The notes under the pieces were generated by a model, which saw nothing but the letters and a program-made list of their open reading frames with translations, did no database searches and was not told the origin of the DNA. 64,000 nucleotides of DNA, taken from NCBI RefSeq assembly GCF_902459465.1, contig NC_047062.1:31434001-31498000 (forward strand), in the 5' to 3' direction. The translations under genes were made by a program, and so were the position numbers. This document shows positions 12,870-25,700 of this stretch, in pieces (position 1 is the first letter of the stretch; each line of letters starts with the position of its first letter). The stretch comes from Asterias rubens. Taxonomy: Eukaryota.

Positions 12870-12932
12870 GAGGCAAATGGTAAACCAGCAGCGGCCAAGC
12901 CCGCAGAGACTGCCGGCGGGACATCGGTGTAA
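12870..12932 (+). CDS. RRBP1: Terminal coding exon of the RRBP1-like gene
   Basis: tttttttccactcgcag|GAG GCA AAT...TCG GTG TAA. Encodes EANGKPAAAKPAETAGGTSV*, phase 0 like the upstream exon, and ends in GTSV as human RRBP1 does (recalled). Confidence 0.82.
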   Translation, partial: EANGKPAAAKPAETAGGTSV

Positions 12933-15900
12933 CATACAAAGGTACTCCAACGACAGAGTGACATCGAAGGCCTTCCAGTTTAGTGTAACATAAAACCATC
13001 GTCCATTGTTGTATCTTCTTTTAAAAATGCCGTCAATGAATTAAAGTTTAGAATATCAGATTTAAAAAACGATCGTGTATTTTTTATGTGCAAGAAGCTG
13101 AGGGATGTGTGCTGGAAATCTCAAAATCCTTGATGGAATCTTTTGAAAGGTTTATCCGGAGAAACGAAAAAAGTAAAGTCAAATTATGTATTATAATTCA
13201 CTTTGTATGAAGGAAAATATTGATAAGGTGTCATTATGACCTTGGTTGTGACCTTGGTTATGATCCTGTGACCTTGGTTATGACCTTTGTTGAAAGGTCA
13301 TAGGTCATGGTGGGAGTGTTTATTCGTGAAAGCAAGTGATTATTAAGGGCGGTTTTATTTGAAATGTTTCTGTTTGATTTTGAGTTGTTTTGACCATTCA
13401 ATGCAAAGTTTTTTGTTTTCTTTTTTGCTTCTTTGCCCTAATTAAAAGTAAGATGTTTTTATCAGGTACCGGCGGGACAATTTTCTCGGTTGGGGTTTAT
13501 TGCCAGATTCTAAGAGATCTACCCAGATATTGTCCGATCTGTATCTTTGTAATGACAACTTTCCCCGAAGAGCTTGTCATATCAGCCTATCAAAAAATTA
13601 CAAAAAAGGAAATAACAGAAAGAATTTCTCAGATGGGTTTGGGAGATCTATCCGGACATTGTCCGATCTGGATTTTTGTAATGACAAGTTTCCCCGAAGA
13701 GCTTGTCATATGAGGCTATCAAAAAACACAAACGGGAAATATCAGAAAGAGTTTCTCAGGGGAAAGTTCCATCAGTTCAAGATTGACGTACTTGTGTAAT
13801 AAGTCAGACTGCTGGCAGGATGTGAGGGGAAAAACCCTGTTAATGTGTCACCTTGCTATAGATAGATTGGTTTGATTGATTGAGGAATGGTACAATTGCT
13901 TAGCGTTTGGTCGAGGAAATAGTCCTCTCGCCAGGAAGTTGGTCCGTCCAATTCATGCGCCGATAAAAAAAACATCGTCCAATTCATGCGCCGAAAAAAC
14001 CCCACAACTCTCAGTGAATGTAAAAACAAATCTTGTGTTACTGTTTGACCATAACACCATGTGATACTGTATCTACCTTGATGTGTGGCCTATTTTGACG
14101 TGTCCTGCTGCTTATCTACTGCCGCTGAGTAAACTGGGAACTGGGAGACTATCAAAGTTCAAATAAGAATTTGTCATGTTGTAATACCAGAGACATGATA
14201 TTCTTTCTACTGAAGTTTGATTGCTGACTTGTTTTGCCTGTCAAAAAATATCAGCAAAACTGTTTTAAAATAGCCTGAAAGTCTATTAGCCCTTGTGTAC
14301 TCAACCAAGTTGTCCTACTTTTTTCCACGGACCTAGTATCATGCTTGATATCTACTGCCGTCGTGTAGATTTTTAAATTTGGAATCTAACAATCCTTCAA
14401 AAATATTGATGCTCCGCCTGGCCTATACGGATGCCTTCTTGCCCCTGGTCATTTGCCTTGGTGCCCCTGGAAATGTTCCAAAATAAGCTTTCAATTTCCT
14501 TATAGAGGTGCTCTTTCAGAGGAGACGACGCCTTCGTTGCCCCTGGTCATTGCCTTGGTGCCTTTGAAATGTTCAAACAGAAGTTTACCATTTCTTCACA
14601 GAGATGCCTGTTACCCCAAAAAGAAAACGCCTTGGTGCCCTTGCCCTTTCAAAAACAAAGCATCAATTCTGCCATGCCATGCCTCAAATCACAAATCAAA
14701 CTTTCTATTATAATGTTCAAATCTGTCATTTTTGTCACATATTTATCAGTGGATCAAATCATTCTATTTAAAAGGTTTTGTCAAAGACCCTTCTTTGGAG
14801 TTGAGGTTAACGACCAAAATATATGTAGTAGCAGTAAAACCTGAAAAAAATAAGTTGCAATTTTCTCCTTTATGCCATCTACTTAATTGATTCCTCCTCC
14901 CTCCTTAATAACGTTATGTTCAGAGTTATTATAATAACTATTTTTTTCTCCATGTATCCTGTTTTATATAAATAAATAATGCTTGTAAATAAGACCAAAC
15001 AAAAAAATTAATGCATGCCATTGTTTCACGTCTGACCACAAGATAAAGCCGCGTCCGAACTGCTGGCTATGGCTGTTGCTAAGGGTGTTGCTGTGAGCCA
15101 TCCTATGCTCCAGCACTTGTTGGCATGACGATGAAGCCACAGCCATTAATTCGGACACGGCTTTGTTATGAATATGCCAGTTATGGAGAACTATACATTT
15201 TTTATACTACATGTTGTGTGTGTAACATGCATTAGATTTGATAAGGCAAGCAGGGGTGCGTTTGGGCTGTCATAACAAATGGTCGGTTGAACTGACTATT
15301 GGTCAATCACTGGCCAATGAAGGAAACAGTTATCGGAGTATGACAGCCAAAACCAACCCCAGAGTGGACGGGATTATGTATGTTGCTTGCCTGCGTATTT
15401 GTATCCGTTTAAACATTCCATCGTAGTTGATACATGGTTTAGAGTATAATAAGCTCAGCAAATAGAAATTGTAGGACAGGAAACCTAACAGTTAAGTCTA
15501 CTGTTCTGAAAAGCTGCATTCTCGGAACTTAAAAAAAAATCCAACATGATTGGACATTATTAATTTATACAAAATAAAGTAGAATTAGTAGCAATGTATA
15601 ATCGATTACAAGTGGGTTCTGAATTTACATCAATGGATCATATTTGCTGGTCTTTAAAAACTGTTATTCGCACTGTATACACAGAAAGATAACAAAATAA
15701 CCAGCCAAATAACAAACAAACATTAAACCTTGTGAACACTTGTCTTGAAATATAAATACTGAAGTTTAAAAAGCTACGCTCAATTTTAAAAGTTGACAAA
15801 AATAGTGCTTGGTAAATTTGTCAAGACTCACAGGTAGCATGTCTCTAGCAGCAAACATAACAGTCATATTTATCATTGGTAAACAAGGATTAAGTTGGCA

Positions 15901-16696
15901 TGCTTCGTAGCTCTATGAACTTGTTGATCACCTTGTTTTAACTATTAAGCATTTGGACTACCACCCATCCCATTTTATTTTAATTTTCTTTCCCTTTTTT
16001 TTCTCAAGTTCTTTTCTGGACACATGTTATTCATAATTCACATTTTTAATTGATAATTTTTCTTTTCTTTATTAAGTTCTCTAGATGAAATTAATTATTA
16101 CAAAACAGGGTGGTAATGTATTTAAAGCATAGAAATTAGTAATTCAATGATGTTATGTTACTCTCTGTATTGTGTCAGGTTAAAACATGGCCTAAAATGA
16201 ATGAATTCGCACCAGCAAAATTTTGATTCCTCGATCAAGTACACACAAATTTTGGCCATACTTTTTGGTTGATTGTTTGGGTTGAACAAAGAATTGACTA
16301 GAGTGGGATTCGAACCAACGACCTACGGATTAACGTGCCGGCGCTCTACCAACTCAGCTATTTGACTGAAAGAGAAACCAGAAAAACAGAAACACACAGC
16401 AGAGAAAAAAAGAGTCAATGTTGTTGTTTCTTGTTAAATTAAAGATAGATCGAGGCACAAAGCTGTACTCGGAAATTCCCTAAAACCTTCATGTTGGTTG
16501 AAGTTCCAGGTATCTGAAAGGGAAGGAACTTCATGGGTCATAATGGACGCTGAGTTCAAGGCACTGTGTAGTCATAATTATAATGTACTGCTTTTTTGTT
16601 GTTTGTGTAATTGCAGGCATTTTTTAAAACAATGAATGTGTCCAGTCATAAGTACAACGGCAAAACACTGGATGTACATGTAAAGTGGTACCTCAA

Positions 16697-16923
16697 TAGA
16701 CCCATTTCAAAACGCTCAGCGCACTTGCACGCGCCTCTGCTGTCTGCCATTTTGGGTGTCAAAAACACGCACAAAAGAATGTGTTTACGCACCTCCGAAC
16801 AATGTGCGTCTTCAATTTCTGCCTTGTTGGTGGAGTCCATTCCTTTTGTGCACATTTCGACACACAAATTGGCAAACAGGAGACGCACATGTATGTGCGC
16901 TGCGCATGGGCTATAGGGTCTAC
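16697..16923. mobile_element. TAGACC-ended MITE
   Basis: tagaccc...gggtcta termini. The internal segment (gccattttgggtgtc; tccattccttttgtgcac) recurs at about 47590-47680. Confidence 0.6.
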
Positions 16924-19689
16924 TCATCTGTTTTTGTTTTAAGTGGAAAAACCTTGATAAGAAAGTACACATAATGGAGTCATAGTATTAGGGTAGCAAT
17001 GTAAGGGATAAACTTTAAAACAATTTATAATAGCTGTATTTACATAGCGCCTAACACCTTACAAACTTCAGCATTAGTTCATAATGGCATGTTAAGAGTT
17101 AGAGACTTGTACTTTGCAATTTTGCATTTCTAAAAACTCTTGTCCCCCCAAAAAAGAGAAGGAAATACATGTAATATATTGCTTTTTAAGGTTATTATGA
17201 GCTCTGTGGAACATTAGGTGAATTGGATTGTTTTCAGAAATGATTGTTTATTATTTCTGTGCTGTTCTGCTCAACGACCTTTTTGACCTTTGCCATCACA
17301 TGTTTACTCAAGAGCCCCAAAGCCTGGACTTCCTGCTGGCACGTCTAGTACACAGCTTGGTGAAATAAAAAAAAGACACATTTGACATTTTTCTCATCTG
17401 AATCGCAACGACTTTTGACATCAAGAAAAAGATTGGCTCTCAAAATATTTCCTTCTGTTTTTGTTGTTGCTTGTTTCAATTCTAGATTGTATGTGGAAAG
17501 TATGACATAAAAAAAAGGAAAATGTCAACTTACAACCAGTGTACTATCTTGCCTGCCAGGAAAGGCCCTGGAATTCAGAAGGTCACTCTCATGTTTAACA
17601 AAGTGACATGGTCTATATTTTAACTATTCTAATGAATTTATAAATCTCACTGATTGGAACTCGCTTAACAGCCTTGTGTATACTTGCTGGTCGTAATTAT
17701 ATTAAGAATAATTTCAGAATAATAACTCTGGAATTGGATGGAAGACCATTGTTGATTTATGTACCCATATCCAATGAAATAAAAGCGGTCATTGTCACTG
17801 ACTTGAAGGTAATTTCTTGAATACTTGAGATGATTTTTAAGAAAGAGTCACACTATCGTATTTTTTTCTGCTGCCACTGCTAAGGTTGTATAAAAAATAT
17901 GGATGTTATCACTCAGTGGCTATGCTTGATATGTAGGAGATGCCCCCCCCCCCCCAGCCAAACACAAAGAATGTTTCTAATTGTACTATGGAAAGCCTTC
18001 CTCCATGCTTATATCTTGTACAAAAGTTCCACCCCCCCCCCCCCCCCCGGGTCATAGCCCAATTTCATGATGTTGAAAGTTCTGCTTAGCAAATGTCTTT
18101 ACGAAGCAAGAAGTGAGCGGGGTACAAGTGGCAACTATGTGAACTTTATGGAATGTTGGTTAGTGATTCTGTGTCTGCTAAGTCCGGCTATTCTGGGTTT
18201 TTTTGTGCTTAGCTTACAGACTTTGGGCCAAGAATGCAATGAAGACAAAATCTACGAAGAAACGGCTCCCTCTGAAGTGACATAGTTTTTGAGAAAGAGG
18301 CATGTTCCACGAATTTGATTTTGAGACCTCGGAATTATTAATAAAGGCCTTGGACACTATTGGTAATTCCTAAAAATAATTGTTTGCATAAAACTTTACT
18401 CGGCAACGAGCAAAGGAAAGCTGCGATAGTACAAAACATTGTGAGAAACGGCTCCCTCTGCTCTGAAGTAGCATAGTTCTTGAGAGAGAAGTAATTTGTC
18501 ACTGAAATATTTGAATTGAACTGAAGGTAAGCTGGGGTAACCGGGGGGGGGGGGGGGGGGGGGGGAATATTGTTCTGTGACCTCCCCATCAGCAGGGCTG
18601 TAGTTGAGGAGGATAAGAGATACGGGAAAGGGCTATAGATATTGGAGGAGTTTAGACAGGAAAAGATGCACATTTTTGTATGTGATGGACTGTTGAATTT
18701 CGGTTTAGATATTGTTTTCTTTTCAAATGTATGGTCTGTTATTTCTATAAACGGAAATGTTGCAAACTGAGTCTCCTTTGTGAGGCTTTGTGTGATTTTT
18801 TATGAGAACCCCCAGTGAGGGCACCAAAGAAAGATTATGTTCGTTTCTTTAGATTTAAATCACTATTTTTTTTTGTGTACACTTTGCACACAATTCATTG
18901 CTTCATTCCAGGAAATGAAATCATTCTACATATGGAATTGATAAAAAAAATTGTGGAAAACATGGCCCAGTTGGAATACCGGTAAGCCTGAAATTACCCA
19001 GTATAAGGTCGAAGAAACAAGATGTTTTTTTAAATGGGCAACGGGGATTCCCCTTTTATCGTCCCACGGCGGTGATTCCATGTAAAGTTTGTATTCCGCC
19101 AGGTGACGTCATTAATTATTCATCACCATTGTATTTCATGTACTGATTTTCAAACAAATTTTTTTCCCTGCATTATATTTCCTTTAGAGAACCATATATT
19201 GGATGTGGCTAAGACCTTTTGACGAAGTAAACAAAAATAAAGAGACAGTACATGAGTTTCTGACCGCAAAATAAAAAGGAAAACAGAAAACAGAAGCATT
19301 AAAATTGTTGCCTTGACATTCCGCAAAAAACAACTACACCTGCAACAGCCGTCGTTCTTTTTGTTTCAGCACCCGGAAATGATGTTTAACTGGTGTGGTA
19401 GGTCACGAACATTTGGTGGCCATACTCGATCTATATGTCATCAAATCCATTTTTAATATAAAAGCGGATCCAGACCAGAGCGGACATAATAAAGAGTGTG
19501 GATTTAATAAGTCAGTGTTGTTTATGAAGGAATCTGGAGAATTTTAACGGACTGGGATCGACACATTTGGGAGACACCAGAAACTTTTGCTCTGTCACAT
19601 TTTGTTCGTTTTGTAAAGTCAAGTGGACAAACATTTTGTAATTGTACTGTAATAAAGTTGTCTTATTCGAAATAAACTTCTATTTAACG

Positions 19690-19783
19690 ATGACAGTCAA
19701 CGCGCAGAGGTTACGAGAACTGCCGGGGAATGATCGATGTGCTGATTGCCAAGATTGCGACTGCCCACACTGCGGTTTTCCAG
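19690..19783 (+). CDS. Exon 1, ArfGAP N-terminus
   Basis: MTVNAQRLRELPGNDRCADCQDCDCPHCGFP; PGNxxCADC signature; donor CAG|gtaaga, phase 1. Confidence 0.9.
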
Positions 19784-22700
19784 GTAAGAGAGCGTGGTTT
19801 TTAACAAGGTTTTTTCAACTTTCTTAGTACTCCTTGCAGATCAATAGAGGAGCATGGGAATAGGGATGGCCAACTTCGAAATAAAATAATATAGTATCTA
19901 ATTTACCTGATTGATATATCCCTTTTTGTAAAAATGAGTGAAAAAGTGGTTGCGCCATACGGAAAGTTATCCATCTTTTTTATTGATGCGGAAGGAGAAA
20001 AATGAATAATTTAAAAACTGTTTTAAAATGTAAAGGGCCTAAGGTAGCCTAGGTTGGACTCCTCCGTTACTAGGCCTAAGGCTTTTTAAGCCCACTGTTG
20101 GAAAGTTTACTTTTACTTTTAAGCCATGTTTTTAAGTACATTTCTACTGGAGCACTTCAAGGGAACCAAGGCAATGACCAGTGGGTATGAAAGCGATTGA
20201 CTGTTGCCTCTGTGAAGTATCACTATCAGGCCTATTGGGGTTAGCTGATGTAGGCCTAGCGGAAGTCGGACACTTTTTACCTTTGCCACTTTGTACCCTG
20301 GACACTTCTGGTAGAGACAGTTTGAATCCTATATTTTAGCAGCAGGTTCTGCAAAACAATGTTCAAGAAATTACATGTTTTGCGTGTACAGTGGTTTGTG
20401 TAAGTGTAAAACCAAATTTATTATGCTTTATCCATGATGCAAATTTAACTATTCTTTATGACGTTGTTTTTATCAAATCACTTGTTGATTGCAGATGCAA
20501 TTTGGGCATGCGAAGAACTTGGAATCATGGTGTGCGAGGAGTGCATGAGCATGCATCAACTGCTGACCAAATCCAAGTTCAAATCTGTCATATGCCAAGA
20601 CTGGACAGAGGAAAGCTACCAGGTAGGTAAAAAATACCCCCCCCCCCCACCCCCGCAAAGTGGTTAGACTGCATAACTTGCAATCACAAGGTTGTAAAGT
20701 TGTAGGTTCTAATGCCTCAGCTGACGCCGATTTCACAATGACTATGGTAACTTTAGGCGACAACATTTATTCTATTAAAATCATAGACGTTAAACCAATG
20801 TTTAACAGCAGTGTTTATATCCCCCCCCCCCCCACTTTGGGGGGTTTGCCGAGTTCCCTTGATGGGAAGATCATCAAAAAGTAAAAAAAACATAAAAATA
20901 CTCTCTGTTCTCCATGGTAACTTTGGATTACCAGGCTATTGGCAATTACTCAAAATAATTATTAGCATATTTGGTGATGAGTTATGGGGAGAGGTTGATG
21001 GTATAAAACATTGTGAGAAATGGCTCCCTCTGAAGTGCCATAGTTTTCGAGAAAGGAGTAATTTTCCAAGAATTTGATTTCGAGACCTCAGATTAAGAAC
21101 TAGAGGTCTCGAAATCAACCATCTAAACGCACACAACTTCGTTTGACAAGGGTGTTTTTTTTTTTCATGATTATCTCGCAAGTTCGATGACCGATTGAGC
21201 TCAAATTTTCACAGGTTTGTTATTTTTTGCGCATGTTGAGATACACCAACTGTGAAGGCTAGTCTCCACCGCCTTTAGGCTAGTCCTAAGTAATCGTCCT
21301 AACTGGAGATAAGACTAGTCTTAGCTCTTTATCAAAACCACCCCAGTGTACAAATATCTAAACCGCATTGATACAGCAATTGTAAAATGCTGAGAATCTA
21401 GTTAAACATTATTGCTGTTAAGGAAGAACACTCCCCATTATTGGATCCCTGCCTGGTGAGAGACTAGGGGGCATACCTGGGAAGTTTTCCCTTAAATTCT
21501 GGTTTTCAGTATTATAGCCTATTTGTGCATCTGTGTGTAGCCAATCCAAACAGAACATTTCAATGGATTAATCATGTATCCACATAGTATGAAGACCTTT
21601 GAAAACCAATTGTGACTTGGTAGACATGCTACCTTGAACCTCATTCTTTGTAGCTTTAACCCCTGGATGCTGCCTATAGAATAAACAAAACTCCCCTCTC
21701 TTTTTTTCTTTTGGTACTTTCATTGGTTGGCACTTGTCTGATAGGGTAATATTTCAAGCTGTAATTGTTTAGCAGGTTTTGTTGACGATCCTCTCGCAGC
21801 AGTCTGGAGTTCGAGTTCAGTAATACGGGGGACATAAATTGTGAAAGGCAATTGTTAAGAGTCTGTGAATCAAAAATTATGACGGTCGATGCAACAATAT
21901 GTCCCTTTGTGAAGTATTCTGGATCGAGGTCGAGTGCTGGTCTAAAATAAAATGTAAGGGTTGGGCGCAACACTGGTGCGATTGAGCAAACAAATGATTG
22001 CAGATTTGCACACATACACAAGTGGCTTACATGTGGTTCTATTTCTACCTCCATGGTTTAACCATGGTTATGTGGACTACTTTCTTTGAAAAAAAATTGT
22101 TTAGGAAATGCTATAGTTTTAATAATAACTAAAATAATTAGTTTTGATCCAACTAGACTAGTAATTTCAGTGTGTGTTTTTTTACAATTTTTTTGATTTT
22201 TGTCAATGCAGCTCTTATTTATTGGCAAAATTTTCAAGACAAATACAAAAAAAGTCACCTGTGAAAGTTTCATTTGAAAAACAGGTGGCATGGATTTCAT
22301 CAATACATAGTCCTTTTGCTCTGAGTCAACTGGGCCTTTCTAGGTCTTAAAATTCCTTTCTGCTCTGAGTCGATTCGGGTCTTTCTAAGTTAGTCCTTTT
22401 TGCTTCGAGCTGGCAGTTTCTAGGTCTTGTCCTTTTCGCTCCAAGTCGACTGAGTCTTTCTAGGTCCTTAACGTCCCTTTTGCTCTGAGCTGACTAGGTC
22501 TTTCTAAATTAGTCCTTTCTACTCTGAGCTGTGTTTCTTGGTCTTATAGGGGGAGGGAGGGGGGCTAAGTTCTTTCTGCTCTGAGCTGACTGGGTCTTTC
22601 TAGGACCTTAAAGTCCTTTCTGCTCTGAGCTGACTGGGTCTTTCTAGGACCTTAAAGTCCTTTCTGCTCTGAGCTGACTGGGTCTTTCTAGATTGTTTAA

Positions 22701-25700
22701 GTCCTTCCTGCTCTGAGCCGACTGGGTCTTTCTATGTCTTAAAAACCCTATCTGCTCTGAGCCGAATGGGTCTTTCTATGTCTTAAAAATCCTATCTGCT
22801 CTGAGTCGACTGGGCCTTTCTATGTCTTAAAAATCCTATCTGCTCTGAGTCGACTAGGTCTTTCTAGGACCTCATTTCTGCTCTGAGATGACTTGAGGTC
22901 TTTCTAAGTTAGTCCTTTTTGCTCTGAGCCGACTGGGTCTTTCTAGGACCTCCTTTCCGCTCTGCGCTGACTTGAGGTCTTTCTAAGTTAGTCCTTTCTG
23001 CTCTGAGTCGACTGGGTCTTTCTAGGTCCTTAAAGTCCCTTGTGCTCTGAGCCGACTGGGTCTTTCTAGATAATTCCTATCCTCTCTGAGCTGACTGTTT
23101 CTATGTCTTATAAGTGCTTTCGGCTGTGAGGCGACAAGGTCTAGGTCTTGCTCAGAATTTATTACTTTTTGCTTCAGTCAAAAGCTGAACATGTGACTCT
23201 TTTCTCTCGCATTTGACTAGCAATTCAAAACATTCAACTAATTTTGTTCTTCTTTTTCTTGATAGAATATGGCATCAACCAACAACAACGTCTCCAAGGA
23301 GATATATGAGAATTCACTTTCTCCCGCCTTCAAGAAACCTACACGCTGCTTTGATGTGTAAGAAATTTTAATTATATTTATAAACCCCTGAACCACATGT
23401 ATCCTTGTTATTTGATTAGTGGAACAAACGTCACATGTCAACTTTTGTTTTGCCATTACATGTATATATGTGTACTGCCAGAAATTCATATTGTCCAACA
23501 TGTATAATTATAGGATGCTTTGCAACGTTTTTTTCCAAACAAATCCCATCAAGGCAAGTTCGTGTCACAGCAGAAGAGGTTGGTTTCTATATAGAGTCAG
23601 CCACACTGTTGATAATTTTGTTTCTTTTCCAGACTGTAGGGTGTACTAGTTTCTGTTTCTATTTTGTGTTTATTGTGAAAACAATTAAAGATGCTATGTC
23701 AGATTTTTGGCCCCCCCCCCCCCAAAAAAAAAACTTTTACTTTCAATGGTCACGAACCATGACAAAAATTTAAAACGTTTCTTTTAAAACACATAAGAAT
23801 TGGTCACGTGATATATTGTCGGGATCCCGACGAAAACTAATTTTGAGCACTTTATTTCACTGCTACTAATAATTATCGGACTTTTTCGAGCAATGGCTCA
23901 AATGAAAGCTTGTTACTTTCTCTACCCGTGAAGCCCTTTTCAGGCATCTGAAAGCACCCAAGTTTCTGCAACAAGGGTGTTTTTTCTTTCATTATTTTCT
24001 TGCAGCTTTGATGACCAATTTAAAGGCAGTGGACACTACTGGTAATTACTCAAAATAATTATTGGCATAAAACCTTTCTTGGTGACGAGTAATGGGGAGA
24101 GGTTGATGGTATAAAACATTGTGAGAAACAGCTCCCTCTGAAGTGCCATAGTTTTCGAGAAAGAAGTAATTTTCCACGAATTTGATTTCGAGACCTCAGA
24201 TTTAGAACTTGAGGTCTCGAAATCAACCATCTAAACGCACACAACTTCGTGTGACAAGGGTTATTTTTCTTTCATTATTATCTCGCAACTTGGTACCGAT
24301 TGAGCTCAAATTTTCACAGGTTTGTTATTTTATGCATATGTTGAGATACACCAACTGTGAAGGCTAGTCTTTGACAATTACCAATAGTGTCCACTGCCTT
24401 TAACTCAAGTTTACACAGATCTGTCATTTTATGCTTATGTTAGGATACACCAAGTGAGAATACTGGGCCCAATTTCATGGCTTTGCTTACAGCCAAATTC
24501 TGCGCTTACGATCTCGATTCCCGCTTTCGTGCAAGCGCCAAATTGAAGAATGCCTCGTAACGTCATAAATTCAGTCAAATTGTGATCATGCCAGTTTCGT
24601 GTTGATTATTATTATTATTGTTTCTCTTTCTATTAATGACTGCGTTAGATTTAGAAGGTCGAGCCTTTTTATTACAGTTATAATCTCGTTTATGTATTTT
24701 CAGGTTCAAGTCCTGCATGCTCTTGTCAATTTGTCTTTGTTCAACCCTAAGTTATTAAATTTTTAAAGACACTGGACACTATATTTATGCATAAAATAAC
24801 AAACCTGTGAAAATTTGAGCTCCATTTTTTGTCGATGTTGTGAGATAATGATGAAAGAAAAAACACCCTTGTCACACAAAGTTGTGTGCTTTCAGATGCT
24901 TGATTTCGGGACCTCAAATTCTAAACCTGAGGTCTCGAAATCAAATTCGTGGAAAATTGCTTCTTACTCGAAAACTACGCTACTTCAGAGGGATCCGTTT
25001 CTCACAATGTTTTATACTATCAACAGCTCCCCATTACTCATTACCAAGGTTTTATGCTTACAATTATGCTTAGTAATTACCAATAGTGTCCACTGCCTTT
25101 AAAGCAAGTCATAGTACCAGTTAGAGATACTCTGTATGTGTCCATTTGTAGCCTTTAGTTTGTACCGATTACACAAAGAGGAAACATATGTAGAAGTGGA
25201 AAAGAAAAAAACCCAGAGTTTGACCTTTAAGCTTCCTGTTTGTGATATGACAGGGACAAAATTTACCTTTCACAATGGTTGTTATTCTTAATACATTGTA
25301 ATAATAATACTGAGTTGTAATATAGCGCTCACACCGGATATCAAGTGCAGTATTTTTTCTAGCAAGGTATGTGGAGCTACGTTTTTAAATTATAAAACCT
25401 AATTTTTTTTTACGTAGCTCCATGTACAATGTGCTCTGATTTGATTTGATTTGAATTTGTTTGGATCAAAACATGTCAAAAATACGTACACGGCAACGGT
25501 TGAAAAGACGATGAAATAAGATAAAACCAAATTATAACCTAAGATAAAAATACAGCACAAAAATATTCAAGGATAACACAATAAACCCAATTATCTAAAG
25601 CTTATTTCCATTGGTGTCTGTGGTGCAATATCCTGCCAATCAAACCAGGAACACTGGGGCGAACCCCTTTTCTTTACGATAAGTGCACTGGGTTCTAATT

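Noticed and set aside
16300-16362. tRNA-Asn-like sequence on the minus strand
   Set aside because: A and B boxes are present but there is no acceptor stem. Similar heads recur with a common downstream tail, so it is a SINE fragment.
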